Shown here: piece by piece, positions 13,601 to 38,176 of the stretch
Numbering within the stretch: position 1 is the stretch's first letter
Layout of the letters: each line of letters opens with the position of its first letter
Source of the DNA: Aplysia californica
Lineage: Eukaryota
Direction: 5' to 3'
Assembly (NCBI RefSeq): GCF_000002075.1
Contig: NW_004797613.1
Span: forward strand, 66,763-130,762
Length of the DNA: 64,000 nucleotides
Made by a program: the position numbers and the translations under genes
Notes under the pieces: model-generated
What the model was told of the DNA's origin: nothing
Database searches by the model: none
The model's input: the letters and a program-made list of their open reading frames with translations, nothing else

Positions 13601-16600
13601 CCGATCATGTAAAGAATCCTTTGAGAAAGAACTTAAAAATGATAGGAACGGAGATTGTGTCCAATATAAATATGAGTCCAAAGACTCCGAAAATGATTCA
13701 TGTTCAAATGGTGATAACCACAATTACTCAAACTGTGACAGGAAAAGCAAAAATAAATATACGGACAAAACAAAAAGCCCTCACAGTTGTGCTACGCCTG
13801 TGTGGTGCGATGAAAAACATGAAAAAGAAACAAAAGAGCATAGAACTCATTTTGATTCTAATATGGGCAGCATTGAAAGAAAAAGAGTTGATGTTGGTGA
13901 GAGCGTAAATATGCCTTATATTCATGGTTACAAAGAAAATATTGAGGAGTTTAATCAACAAGGTGATCACACTATAAGTTCCCCCCACCAATCAAGCTGC
14001 TGTTTGAAGAAAGAGCTAATTGAAAACAGTGGGTCTCCCGCACAAGAGCGCCAGCTGTTCAGCGACCAAAGCCTTTTGAGACCAAACTCGGATGAGCAAT
14101 TTTTGCCACTGGACACGCCCCTGTGTACTAACCAGACCGTTCCTGATAACACACCAAATGCTTCCAAATGTGGATCTGCTTGTAGTCTATCAGAGAGTCC
14201 AGACCAGAGACAACAAGGTACCAGTGATATCGCAGGAGTATCGCCAAGAGAAAGTCAATCGAAATCATCTGAAGAGGGAGTTGCCATTGGACATTTGTTG
14301 GAGTTGCCAAGTAAACAAAACCAAGGGAAAGAGGAGGACAGCGATCATTGGGATCGTATACGAGCAAAATTTGAATTGTTTCAAGAAAGAAAAAATCTCC
14401 AATCTTACACAAACGGTGGAAGTTTCAAAACAGCAAGCAGATCCTTGAGACAGAGTATTAACTCCCGAATAGAGACGCTCAATAAGATGCTTGTGTCCAC
14501 AACACGTAGTGAAAGAGCTGGCGTTGTTGGGAACCCACGACGTACCAAACAGAGCACCAATATGACGAAAAACTTATCCTCCCAGTCTTCCTCTACGTCA
14601 AAGATACCTTACAATAGTCGTCAGGGATCCCATCATAAAGGAAAGGATGGCTTTGTATTGTCAAGTGATGCCCAAGGAGCACAAATCACTGAGCATGTCA
14701 CTGAAAAAGACTTTACTCCAAACGTGCCGTTCGACAGTTGTATCACAGTCACCAAAATTCCGGTGCGTGCAAAGGGGAGGCCATCTCTTCAGGAAGCGGT
14801 GCAAGCGAATGCTTACAGTAATAAACAGCAAAAGGACACAAGCAAAAAGAAATATTTCAGTAAAGGTGAAAGGCAACCCTTGACCTGCCCCGAATTCCAG
14901 CCCAGAAAACGATACTCTGCTGAAGAAAACACACGGACAAAATTTAGTAGTGAAGAGTCAATGAATAAATCAAACAATGCCAGTGGCGACTCTTGCACAA
15001 ACAATGTAAGAGATACAAACCTCGTCCCCAATGACAGTTTCACACAAGATATTTTCCTCGGAAGTCCTCGGGACCTACAACTGGCCGTGACGTCCCCTAA
15101 AGAAGATACTGGAGATACAGAAGGAGGAGCGTCGGCCAATAACATAAACCAAAACTCCCACAAAGGAGATGACGTTTGTGTGGGACTAGTCAAACATGGA
15201 AGCAGCATTTGTTCCGAGAACGATTCTCCATCCATCGGTACGTTACAGACTGATTTGAAATTCGAATGTGCTGATATCTGTGCACGGTGCCTCGAAACAG
15301 AACTTCATGTTAGCGCAATGGGAGTATCTCCTGTGTTACACTGCTTGTTTGAACAAAATGCAAATCTTAAAAAGTCAAACCTGCTAGTACTGAATAAGAC
15401 TGAGGGGTATCCAGACGGTTCTTGTGCACCGTCACATCTGTTCGACGTTGCATCAACAAAAATGTATAACATTCAGGCGTCTACTACCTCCTTAACCCCG
15501 GAGCAAATTTTAGAGGTACCGGTATCTGTAATAAAGTCTGAGCCCCCTGGTGGAAACTATGAGCATCAAAGGAAAGAAATCACGTCGGTTCTTCCTCGAA
15601 AATTGGCTAGGTTTATGGACGCAAAACAACCTAAACAAGCTGGTCTGTGCATCATGGCAAAGCAGACAAAGAATCAAGACAAAATGACCATTGAAAACAC
15701 AAAGACAGGTGCACGTAACCTATATGAAAACATCTCTGGTGAGTTTGGATTTAAAAAGACAAGCAGGAAAAACTACAAAACATTGGTAGCTGAAGCAAGA
15801 GCCGGAATTGAACAAATCCTCAGTCGGAACGATTCTCGTTCTGAAACGAGTCGTGCCATTAAATCAGATAAGACCTTACCCAGCCAATATTCCAATATTT
15901 CAGAAACAACGCCCCGTTATGGCTCAGATAGGTCAACACAATGTGTCCAGACTGATTATGTAAAAAACAAAAGTGCTAAGTACACCACTACCGCAGGTCA
16001 AGCTACCACGCCTACTTCCCGAACATCACCACAGCAACTGCAGCAGGACTCTACTAGTGATTCAAACAAAACCCCCGATGAAACACAATATTTTAAAAAC
16101 CTGCTCACAGAGAAGCAAGTTCTGCAGGATGAAAACGGGAACAACTCTAAGGGCTCAGGAACAAGTTTGGCTCATTCCAAATGTACCGGTCTTCGCTCAC
16201 ATGGCAACAAATCAGACTTGCTTAGTAAAGCCGCAACTCCTTCTCCTATCGGCAACGGTGGTCAGGCAGAAGAGAAGAAAATAAAGCCTAATAAAATCAG
16301 GTCTCTAAAAGAAACGCTTAAAACGGCAAAGAATTGTCGAATACCAATTCGAAAATTTCAGTCACAGTCTTCCACGAACCCGTCCACTCAGTGTGAGTAC
16401 ATACAACTGAACAACATTCAGAGCATTGTTATCGCTTCTACCGTCGATAGACAAAACCGCAGGACCAGGGAACTTGCACAGATTTCCTTTAAAAGTTGCA
16501 AGATGAAAAATGAAAGGCTTAACAATTGCTTAATGACAGCTTCCAATAACATCAACATTGTTAATACTGATGGCGTACTCACGTTAGAGATTTCTGCTCA

Positions 16601-19600
16601 GTCAGACTCAGTTGCTGCCGAGGGGGAAGGAGAGTGTGCAAGCAACAGACATAAGTATAAAAAGACTGCAGTGTCGGGGCACCACTCTCCTCAAACAGAA
16701 AGCAAAAGTAAACAACATTCAAAACTACCCTGTGTATCCTTCGGTAAAGGTTCGAAAGTTCTGTCACAAGGAGTTGCTTCAAACACAAAGATTCCAAGAT
16801 GTCAGACAGCGAAGAAGAGCAGAGAAACAATGAAAAAGGACATCAAAGAATGCAAAAAGTGCGAAAGTGAAGCTGAGTCTGGTGGTAGAGAACACTATGG
16901 AGCCAAAGAAATACTGCACAAAACAACAGTTTCTTCAAATAAAGAAAATACAGTTTCTTCTGATAAAATTGCTGATCAAACAAAGGACAATGTAAAAAAA
17001 ATAGCATATGCCAGACAGTCTGTTCCGATAACTGCCTCAGCGAAGCTACCCTGCAAACAAGGGCTTGGCCGAAGTCCTGCGAAAGAGAAAGATGCTCTGG
17101 TGGGTCTTGTGACAAGTACAGCTGTCAAACTTCCTGCGAGTGAGAAGGGCTCCAGACTTGAAACGGACTGCTCCACCAAGACAGAGTCTTTGCTGGCCAG
17201 ATGTGAACTGTTTAGCGCGTCCACACCATCAGAAGGACATCGGTTCTCGGAGGCTGAGTCTCTTCAGGAGTATGTGGAACTCGAAGACTGTCTTGTGAAG
17301 TACCAGAGAGATCCATGCGAATCCTGCTTCTCCCAAAAAGAAGTGTACCAAAGTTGTGAAAGTCGGATCAGTCACAGCCCCGTCAGGGTGGACGATCAAA
17401 CACAGCAAGTCGAAGATAATGTAAATCAAAAGAAAATAATAATACCGGTGCATGCAAGTGCTGGCTCTGAGTTTCCAACTTGTCAAAATCAAGCTGACAA
17501 TTGTGAGGTAAGAGTGAGGGAAGAGTCTCGAAAGGAAGATAGCCAAACTGAAAGAAAGCCAGCAGTGATATCAGTAGTCTCTGACAACGATATCTCACAA
17601 GATCTTGCGAATCGACATTCTGTCCAGAGTTCACAAGCAACGCAAGATGAGGCATTTGAACCAGGCACTTCTACTTCAACATTTTCGCCAGGTGAAGAAC
17701 TCTCAAGAACTGACCATCTTAAATTTCCCATCGACCAGGTGGTGTCGGTTCATACGACAGCAAACGTCTGCTTTGAGAGTCAAACATACAACACCAGCAA
17801 AATCTCTACTGACGAATTTTCTGGTGGTTCTGGTTTGGATGAAACTCAAGAAGACATTCCGTCCAGCCTGCCTAACGTTACCCAAGTGGGCAGCTGTGGA
17901 AGTGTCGGGAGCAGTTCTTCAAGTTTACCGGACCAGCAGTTCCTTGACCTGATTCACAAACGGGCAATTAGTAAATCCAACGGGGAACTCACTGATCCAG
18001 AGAGCATTCACGAAGACGATGACCATCGGAGAATATTGAGTAACTGTCGGTTCGGGTTCGTACCAAGTGATGCTCACAAGAATCATGAAAGCAAAATACC
18101 TTTAAAACGTGAAAAGAAAACATGTTTGAAGTCATGTTTGAAGTCTACATATAGTTTGGAGGAATTTCCTAAACACTCTCAGGAATTAGATGATGATAAC
18201 GTGTGTCTTTTGAACTCCACCGACAAGCAACCTGAAAGGCACTACATGGGCGAATGTGCCAAGAGTACAGAGGAAGGTACTGATTACAAAAAGAACGAAA
18301 CCTGTTTAAGAAATACACTCAGTGGAAAAGCCTTCAAGAACTTTGAAAAGGACGGATATTCAGAAATTGAATCGATGCACGACTTTGGAGAACACTCAAA
18401 TGCGTTGGAAAATATGGAAAACGCTGAGTCCCGTGTAGATGACGTTATGGTAGCTGCCCCAGAAACTAACGAAGAGAACATCATGGCATTGAAAACAAAT
18501 ATCACTGTTAATAGTTTAGGCATTAAACTATGTCACAGAGCTTGCGATCAGGACAATAACATGACTTTACCACCCACTACTGGCGTTGTCGCGGAGTGCC
18601 ACAGTCACTTTTGCCCCAAAATGTCGGCGGTGTCTCCCAATATCCCCGAAACGCTACCGGACAAAAGGAAGCCGCCGACAAAACTCGCCGAGAAGTTCAC
18701 CCTGACATCAGATGAGTCATCAGATAGTTTTGCTGTTCTAGAAGTCCACGAAGATGTCAAGAAAACGGTCAACAATGATCACGTGACGACACCGGTAACA
18801 CAAATCAACGACCACTCTGTCATCGATCAGCAACCTTCCGCCTCAGCAGTGTCTGAACGTGCAGCTACTGGGGTTGAACATCAGAAAGGGAACTCTCCAG
18901 CACTCTCCACTCAGCACAACACAAACAAGAGAGAATGCATTCCAAGCCAGAGTTCGAATCACAGCTCGATGGAAACGCCTAGCTCATCCAACGGTTTGAG
19001 AGACGAAAAAAACCCGGGAGCGACGTCACCATCAACTCCAAAGGCCGTAATTTACTCGTCTGCAGAGATCCCAGAGTTGGGCGAGAAGGTGAGGTCTAAC
19101 GACATGCAGGACGATCAGAAATGCAGCGGGGGGAGGGGGGGGGTTCCCGACAGACACAATTGAGATCATTTATTGGGCGGGATACCGACTCTGCCTGTCA
19201 GAATCAGCCCTGGCTGAGAGGGATACAAGGATACAACATCTTAGCAGAAAGACCGAGATATTCGATAATAATGTACTCCCAACTCGGGAATCGAACTCGT
19301 GTTCTACGTGCGAGAGAGAAGCGCTTAACCGCTACACCACAGACGTCGGTAACGTAACGTTACATACTACGTTTGACATACATGTATATACTTACGCATG
19401 TACCAACTTAACCATGTCTTACCGTTCGGTCTGTCTTCAGGAATAGTGGATCCCATTCAGGCCAAGTTGGCCCTGACAGGCAGATTCTGAGTTTTAAAAA
19501 TCTGAATACCCCCCGCCTTTCCCATAGTTTAGCTTTAGTAAGAGTCAAGAGTATAACGGGCAGAGCTTGTAACATAATTAGGTCATACAAGTGTTGACGA

Positions 19601-20920
19601 TTAGGGGCGGTACGAGAGAGGAAAAAGAAGTTGTTTATTATAGTATAAATTATAGTAGAGGTTTTTCTTTTACGGCGCTCGCAACTGCATAAGGTCATAT
19701 GAGAGCCAAGGGGTGGATGTTCATACGAGAGCCAAGGGGTGGATGTCAACAGAGAAGTCCTTACAGGGAATCAGACTTACCTTGTTCACCTCTCTAGCTT
19801 TAAATGGCTGATTCAGCAATGTCATGCTCATAACTGTGCCTGAACTGCAACAGAGAACTGCTTTTTCTTTCCTAATCCTTACTACATTGTATCGTCATTT
19901 TCCTCTATTTCTTTTGTATGTTTGTCACACTCTTGTGACCCGCTATTTCCGGGGTGCATTGATAGTCGAAGCAGACTTTTGCGCTGGGAAAAAGGATTTG
20001 AGATAAGCACGGTAGATAGATGTTAGGAAAGAAGGAGTAAATTACACCAGAGTATCCACCAATCACCCACCCCGCGTCTTTGATTATCTAAATTGTACAA
20101 ATGGATGCGTATAACATTACAATACAATTAAAACTGAACGATCTTTCTCGAGCAGCTGTTCCGCCGGACGCCTGGACCAAGAAGATTGACCAACAATCCG
20201 CAGAAAGGGAGACTCACCATGACCTTGATCAACAGGGGAGCGTCTGCACGTCACCAAACACCAACGAATTCACAGAAGCAGGGAACACTGGCAGGCACTA
20301 AAGGTAGAATGATCACTGCATTGCCTGCCACTGAATCTGCTGAACAGCAACATAGTGACTGTTACGCTCCAGAAAGTCTAAAAGAAGAGTCAGCGTGTAT
20401 GGAAAACGGGAATATTTCTACTGAAGTCAGGGACAGATGTTACGTTGAGCACAATTTTAAGAGCATCAGCTACTCCACGTCTGACGATGAAGGAACTAAT
20501 CAAATTCTTTCGTCCAGGAGCCAAAACAAAGTTGATACTTACACTAATTCTAGTGATGAAAATAAGAAAATTAGTCGCGACGTGGCCTCTTCAGAATCAA
20601 ATCATACCAGAAATTCTAACATTGGGAGTTCTCCAAAGACTATATATGATGAAACCCCTACGCGAAAACCGCCAAATGAACACGACTGCATTAACAACAG
20701 CACCCACAAAGTAGCTACAACCCCAGCATTCGCACAGGACAAGACACAGAACAACAGACACAAAATCGGTTCAAAGTCCAGAATTCCGCTGGTAAAAGTA
20801 AAAGACGCCCGTTTATCAACTACAAAGGCAGAAAACGTGAACAAGACAGAGAGTTTACCTCCCCTGTCAAAAAGACAAAACGGACTTCCTCACAAGCCAA
20901 AGATGAAACGTCATTACTAA
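10680..20920 (+). CDS. Uncharacterised giant S/E/K/T/N-rich, probably disordered protein (~3057 aa); exon 1 10680-19088, exon 2 20156-20920
   Basis: 2827-codon open frame from ATG 10680 (CAAAATGA, in-frame TGA 9 nt upstream). Donor AAG|GTGAGG at 19088/19089 (phase 0) joins acceptor GAGCAG|CTG at 20155/20156, in frame with the 20186-20920 ORF of the same composition. The last ORF codons past the donor run into a SINE. AATAAA at 21293 and 21538. Confidence 0.8.
19140..19349 (-). mobile_element. SINE family D (tRNA-derived) in the intron of the giant gene
   Basis: Reverse complement GTGGTGTAGCGGTTAAGCGC...GAGTTCGATTCCC, homologous to 63685-63920; diverged or partial copies at 7550-7740, 725-830, 63485-63580 and ~24100-24290 (-). 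Confidence 0.82.
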
Positions 20921-22655
20921 CCCATCCGCTCTTCTGAGATGACATGCTCGGTGTAGTGGGATCGCAGAGCAGCTAAGCTAAGGCAATGCAGAGGTTATGC
21001 TGAATCAGTCTGTTCTTAGGTATCGAGTATCTGTATAGTGCAGAAGTTATGCTGGGAACTCTGTACAAGTTATTTTATATTTTTATTGGGGTTTTTTGGG
21101 TCTAAATTGATGATTGTGGGTGGTGAGGTAGGTAACAAACTTACTAATAATAATAATAAAGAAAAGGTGAGGTCGTTCTGTTTGGGAGGGGGGCGGGTTG
21201 CATTATCATTTTTATTATTGTGAAACGGGATCTGGGCGGCCTTACTCCCCTGACTTGAAGAACCCATTTTGTGTAGAAACCGAAGTGTGCCAAATAAAAG
21301 ATGCAAATCTACATATTATTGTGTAGAGCTTTTTCCCAAACTAGTCCTACAAACAGCAAGAAAAATGAATCACTTTTCTGTCTCAAAGTGATTTTTTGTT
21401 TACATGCAAGTATCTTGTTTTTAAATGTCGTGCATTGTTATATCATTTTATGCCTGCATAAATTGTAAGTGCGTAACAAAATAACAAATGTAATTAAAGT
21501 CTCTTTATCCTCTACAAATGTTCTCTGACAATTGACAAATAAATTTAATTTTACAGGTTTTGAAATTTTTATTCAGTATGGCATGCAGCATTTACAATTG
21601 TTTTACAATATCAATCTTACACACATGTAGAAAGATCTGTCCGACAGTTTGCCCAGTGGCCACAAATGAAGGTCTATCTGACTCATGAATGAATGGATGT
21701 CTTCTAGCATAGTCACAATATGTGTTAAAAATAAATCTACAATGTTCATTACTAAATATCATCTGCTTTGATTTTTATTTGTTTATTTGTTTAATGTTTT
21801 AGTAAGCATTTTAGGGCATTTGCAACACAATAAGGTCGTATAAGTACCAAAGATTAGACTATTAGAGGTGTTACAAGTAAGTAACAGACAAAAAGAAGGA
21901 GGGGAGATAAGGACGATGGATATTTGAAAGGAAAAAAAGGAGCAAGCCACACCAGACCATTTGCCAACCACCCTTTTTATTTGTGTGAGTAAAGAGAAGT
22001 ACATTCACACGCAAACAGTCATTTACTGCTCCGAAAGAGTATGGCAGACAAAAACAGTCAAAACTATAGGGAAAGAAAAGAAGTAGGCCCTACAGGACCC
22101 ACCACTGAAATTCTCCGTCCATCCGCAAACAGCTGCCCAAGGGTAATCATTAATTGCCCACAGCAGATAAAAGCATTAAACATAAATCATACATATTATT
22201 TCCGCACCAAGTGAATTGTTTGTCCATAAATTATCATTGCTGCACCGATTCAAGTCTTCTTTATCAGGATGGACCTTGTCTGTAGTTATACATGACACCC
22301 AGTCAGCCTCTTTTGAACTGCACACCGAAATCACTTCTTATTGTCAAAAGGTCTTAAGAGATCAGATGCAAGCTATTGTTGGTTCAACAAACCAGTGCTG
22401 AAAGGTTTTTAAACCAAAACCATTCCCTTCTAAAAACAAATGTTGACTTTAAATATATATATGTATCCTTTAAATAACCTGAACTTTGTTAATTAAAACA
22501 CATGAAAACAAGGACAAATTCAAACAACACTAATTTCATATTCTTCTTTTATTTCACTGCAATGGCTCAATTGAAGCACATGATACATTTTCAAAGTATA
22601 AAAAATATATGTACATTATATACATGCATATGAACATGTGCAAGGCATGATTGGG

Positions 22656-33576
<10,921 letters not shown>

Positions 33577-35135
33577 CAAGAATTTGATCTCAACTGAAAA
33601 AGAAGAAAGGAAGTGCCTATTTGCGACGCCGTGTTGTGATTAGTGCCAGTGCTAAATAAAACACTGTGCGTTAAATATCAAGCTTAATCTACCTTTCAAT
33701 GTTGAAGTCAAACCATTACTTTATGAGTGTGGGAACGAATTCTGGTCCTGGAAGGTTTTGGTTTTTTCCCTTCTCTTCTTCCCGACTGAAAAACAATTTT
33801 CCCCCTATAATTATAACTAGTGGCTTTGTAGTTTTTTAAGTAGTGATGAAGCCTGCACATTCTGGTCTTGTCCTAAGAGGAGCTTTTACCTACAAAGTAG
33901 GCCTATACTTTTCCTTTTACCAATTTATGCCTGGCTTTCCTTGGCCTGTGAGTCTAATTACTATATTTTTTGTGGTTGTAATTTTACGCTCACGGGAAGG
34001 AAAAAAAGACCCTCCTGGACCGGGATTCCATGCCACGCTTGGAAGCACTGAACATTAGAGAATGTAGACAGTAGAGAATGTAGACAGCTAGTATTCGTTC
34101 TCTAGGCCTAATGTTAGAGAACGTAGACACTACCCCCTGCTAGTTAAAACGCTGAAGCCTAGATCAGGCGGTGTCATATGTGATGGCAAACTATAAAAAG
34201 CACGCATTACTTGCTCAAACTCAAACTCAAATGATTATGATTGTGAGAGTGGAACAAGACTACTTTTGTGCAAACAATGTCAGAAACAATTGTTAGATCT
34301 AGATCTACCAAATTTTGAGCGGAATAAGACAACGTCATCAGAAAAGGAGACAAATCCTAGGAGGTTTATCAAGAAACTGAGAAAGCTTCCACAATTCAGG
34401 CAGACCTACATTATTATTTATGTAGAAACGATGGCTACTAGTACCGGCTTTTCAATTAGCATGGGACCTAATCAGACTGCAGCGGTTCAAACAGCACAGG
34501 AGCTATTCAAAATGCGGCGTTTCAAATAGCACCTGCCAAGAAGAAATACCATGTACAAAAGTGCATGCTAATTGTTTTTTTGGGGGGATTTTTGTTTGTT
34601 TGTTTGTTTTTAAAAGAAATACAAACAGCTTTTTAAGTTCAGAACTGCATTTCAATAAAAAGAGATACATTATAAAACACATACACTGTGATTTAAAATT
34701 TCATTTTACCAAATTCCAAGGCAGTCACCAGAGCAAAGTAACCCCTTCACTATCAGCATGCCATTTAAGGTACATTTTCAGAGTTACTAGAAAGTCAGTT
34801 TGTTGTACTGCATTCCTCACTGAAATAGCTGATTTCTCACTAACAACACCACATATCTATACAGCATATTTTCCAAATCCATGCTTTATTGAATATTTCT
34901 TTCGCAAGGCTGGAATAAACATACATGAACAAGGGAAACCGGTAATTTCAACATGTACTATTTGACATTGAAGAAGAGAGCAAGGGCAGGCCGAGGCGTG
35001 AGCCACGGACTGTGGAAGAGTGTGAGCGTGAGTTGCAGTCGAGGCGCAAGAGAATTGTCAACCATAACGACAGAGCAAGTCGGATCGCCACAAGAGGTAG
35101 GTGTGTATAGTTAAACCACAAGCTATTTCGGAGAG

Positions 35136-35783
35136 AAAGGCACTAGAAAACGTTGAATCCTTCTGCTATCTTGGAAATATAATTGACAGAGAGGGAAGAA
35201 CAGGTGCTGAAATAAAGTCCCGCATTGGAAAAGCACAGGCTGCTTTCATATCTTTGGATAGGATTTGGAAGACCAGAGATATCTCACTTCGAACAAAGCT
35301 GAGGATTTTTAATTCAAATGTGAAGTTGGCCCTGCTGTATGGATGTGAGACATGGAACGCATCACTGACTTGCATAAAGAGGATCCAGGTTTTCTTGAAC
35401 AGGTGTCTAAGAAAGTTACTGAGGATCAGAAGGACAGACAGGGTCACCAATATGGAAGTGTTAAGGAAAACAAGACAGATCCCAGTCAGAGATGAGGTAG
35501 GAAGAAGGAGGTGGCGATGGAATGGACATACTCTCAGGAAGTCAGGAAGTCAGGAAGTCAGGCAGCTGCATAAGAAAGAAAGTCTTGGATAGGAACCCAC
35601 AGGGTAAGAGATCAAGGGGAAGACTGCGTGGAACCTGGAGAAGAATCACAGAAATCGAAGTACAAAAAAGTGGGAAGACATGGAATAATATCAAGAGGCT
35701 AGCCCAGGATAGAGAAAGGTGGAAGGTGTTTGTCCGCAGCGTATACCCTGGTGCAGGGTGAGAAAGGCAATGATGATGATGAT
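35136..35783 (+). mobile_element. RTE-clade LINE 3' fragment with (TGA)n tail
   Basis: VESFCYLG, RIGKAQAAF, TKLRIFNSNVK..LLYGCETW, RRWRW.GH.LR, GKRSRGR..GTWRR, AQDRERW. Confidence 0.9.
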
Positions 35784-36472
35784 TTTGGCGAGGTGCTCTT
35801 TCTAGAGCCATTTAAGTGCTAGTGATGGCATCGAAAATAACAACGGACATGATCAAGCCATTCAGTGGCAATAGTGATGTTGTGGCTTGGTTGGCAAAGG
35901 TTAAACTCGTCGCGGGTTTGAAGAACATTCTGGATCTTGCGAAATTTGTACTGCTGTTCCTGGAAGGTAATGGACTGGCATTGTACTTACAGTTTAGTGA
36001 GCTCGAAAGATCACAATCAGACAATTGAAAAGCGTCTTCTAGAGCATTCACAGACAGCTCATTTATTGGGTTCAGTAAGTTGACACAGAGGAGGTGGGAC
36101 AGTGAGAATGTTGATGTGAACGAAATAAGGAGGTTGGGAGGGTTGGCTGGATTTTCAGGCAGCGAACTGGATAGGCTGGTTGGGTTATAAATCCTTTGTA
36201 AAAGGATTCCCTGACCCGATATCGCGTGAGCTCCAACAGATGAGCCGGGTCTTCGAAGTTGAACTGTCAGAGGTAATAAGAGCTAGAATCCTTACAGCAA
36301 GCAAGACTGGAACGGTCAGCGTTGCGGCGGCAGGCGGAGCCATGGCAAATATAATGGGAAGCCACAGTCAACGCGTGAGGGCATTGAAAGGCTCTTGATA
36401 TCGATGTGGTGGACCACAGTTTTGTAGTCATCGTGCTGACATTGTTTGCTACCACTGCAATGAAGTTGGCCA
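35784..36472 (+). mobile_element. Degenerate retroelement gag-like region (probably LTR element) with two CCHC knuckle relics
   Basis: MASKITTDMIKPFSG..DVVAWLAKVKLVA...LFLEGNGLALY; FVKGFPD; YRCGGP and VCYHCNEVG near 36395-36470; stops and frameshifts. Confidence 0.65.
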
Positions 36473-36911
36473 AACCTAGATCTAAGTACGGCTAGACTGG
36501 CAGTCTAGCCACTTCGGACGTAGATACTGAGTCTAGATCTAGATCTAGGTGCCCGGTTACCGTGTACGTGGACACTCCGGTTATGGTATAGAAAATCTGG
36601 CACTACTTGGATATGGTGGTCCCGACTTTTGTGACAGGGAAATTCTAGAATCTAGTTTTGACCCCAATGACGATTACTTCTGGTTTTAAGTCTAAACGAT
36701 TACTTTTTGATTTGCGTGCCGATATGGAGAGATAGCCTTTCAAACCTTATTGCAAAACATCAAATCGTGGTCAAATTCAGGGGGGGCATGCCCCCCTGAA
36801 ACACCCCTTGGTTTTTTTTTTTAAGTCAGGGAGGCAACCCCCCCCCCCGCCTTCTGTAAAACAAAAGTGAAATTTTACAGCTCATTTTGTAGGCTAGATT
36901 TTGATCTAGGG

Positions 36912-37403
36912 CAAAGAGTCTACATAACAAGAGGGGCCACTTCTCTTTGAGCCAATTAAAAAAGTGTCCTCAAAATTCGGTGGCGCCCTCTTTGCAAAAG
37001 CGCACCTTTAGCGAACAGAGTTATCCTACTTGAGTTTAAAAAATCAAAGTGAAACTATCAAGTTTTTGAATTAATTTCGGAAGAACGCTTTTTTAAAATG
37101 GTTACGCTGACAAAAAACCTCTTCCGGAGGAAAGGTTGATTGTTTTCTTCGTTTAATTTGACTTAAGAATGAAAGGTGAGAGGTCATTAAAATTTTTAAA
37201 AACTAAAACTCCGTACTGAACGAACCCGAACTGCTGATGAACAGCAGTCGATCTGCGCACGCAAGGAGGTGCTATTCCTATTCTTCTTCTGGAAAAACGA
37301 AAGAGAGCTTCAAAACAGACTGCAGCGCCATCTGAAGCAAAGAGCATACTTCCTGCGGACACTTTTTTGGCTGAGTGGCCCATCTTGTTATTTACTATCT
37401 TTG
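36912..37403. mobile_element. Second copy (opposite orientation) of the P-like MITE
   Basis: Near-identical reverse complement of 52654-53148; flanks TCTAGGG / TCTAGGC. Confidence 0.85.
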
Positions 37404-37539
37404 TCTAGGCTACTGATAAAACATACAACATTGATACTGACTATTTAAATCAGTATCGATATTTCAGTAGATCTAGATCTATTTCTAGGCCTACACAAAT
37501 CGGGACCACCATATATCCAACCAAGTAGTGCCGAAAATC

Positions 37540-37740
37540 TAGATCTAAATCTAGATCTAGATCTAGATCTAGATCTAGACATCTAGATTCTAGATCTAGA
37601 AATCAAGACTCTAGATCTAGATCTAGATCTAGGCCTAGACTACTAAAAATCTAGATTCTAGATTAGATCTAGATCTAGACTAGAATCTAGATCTAGATCT
37701 AGATATATCTAGATGTAGATCTAGATATAGAATCTAGTTG
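37540..37740. repeat. (TCTAGA)n palindromic low-complexity tract
   Basis: Directly visible tandem AGATCT/TCTAGA units. Confidence 0.92.
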
Positions 37741-38176
37741 ATCAAGAGGTCAATACCGTCTCGGCGCTTTTTCGGTAGTTCCCACCCCGCAATTGTTATT
37801 CACGGGTTTTGGCCCCAGCCCCAAGAGTAGGGGGGTTTCAGGGGGGCTTGCCAGAGAAGATAACTTACCTATCTAGATGTAGATCTATGAGTCAAGGGGA
37901 AAAGTTAATTGAGCTGATAACCAAGTGCCAAGCGAAAGAAACACCCCTAGATCTAGAAATCTAGACCTGGAATCTCGAGAAATGTAGTCTACTTTCGGTC
38001 TCAGTCTCAGCAGCTGCTCTCTCTACTCTCTATAATACTCTATACTCTATATTATTCTACTACTAGGCTAGCCTAGATCAAGATCTAGACCAGTTGTTTT
38101 GCAGATTTTTTTTTGTCGCGACCAGAAAAATAAATGGCATTTCATTTTTAAAAACCCGCAAAAAATTACATACACG

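Noticed and set aside
11085-18523. Numerous antisense or alternate-frame ORFs overlapping the giant exon
   Set aside because: Short, motif-free shadows expected from a long coding frame.
19089-19163. C-terminal 24 codons of the 2827-aa ORF as the true protein end
   Set aside because: They follow a strong in-phase donor and run into an antisense SINE; more likely intron read-through, although a short isoform cannot be excluded.
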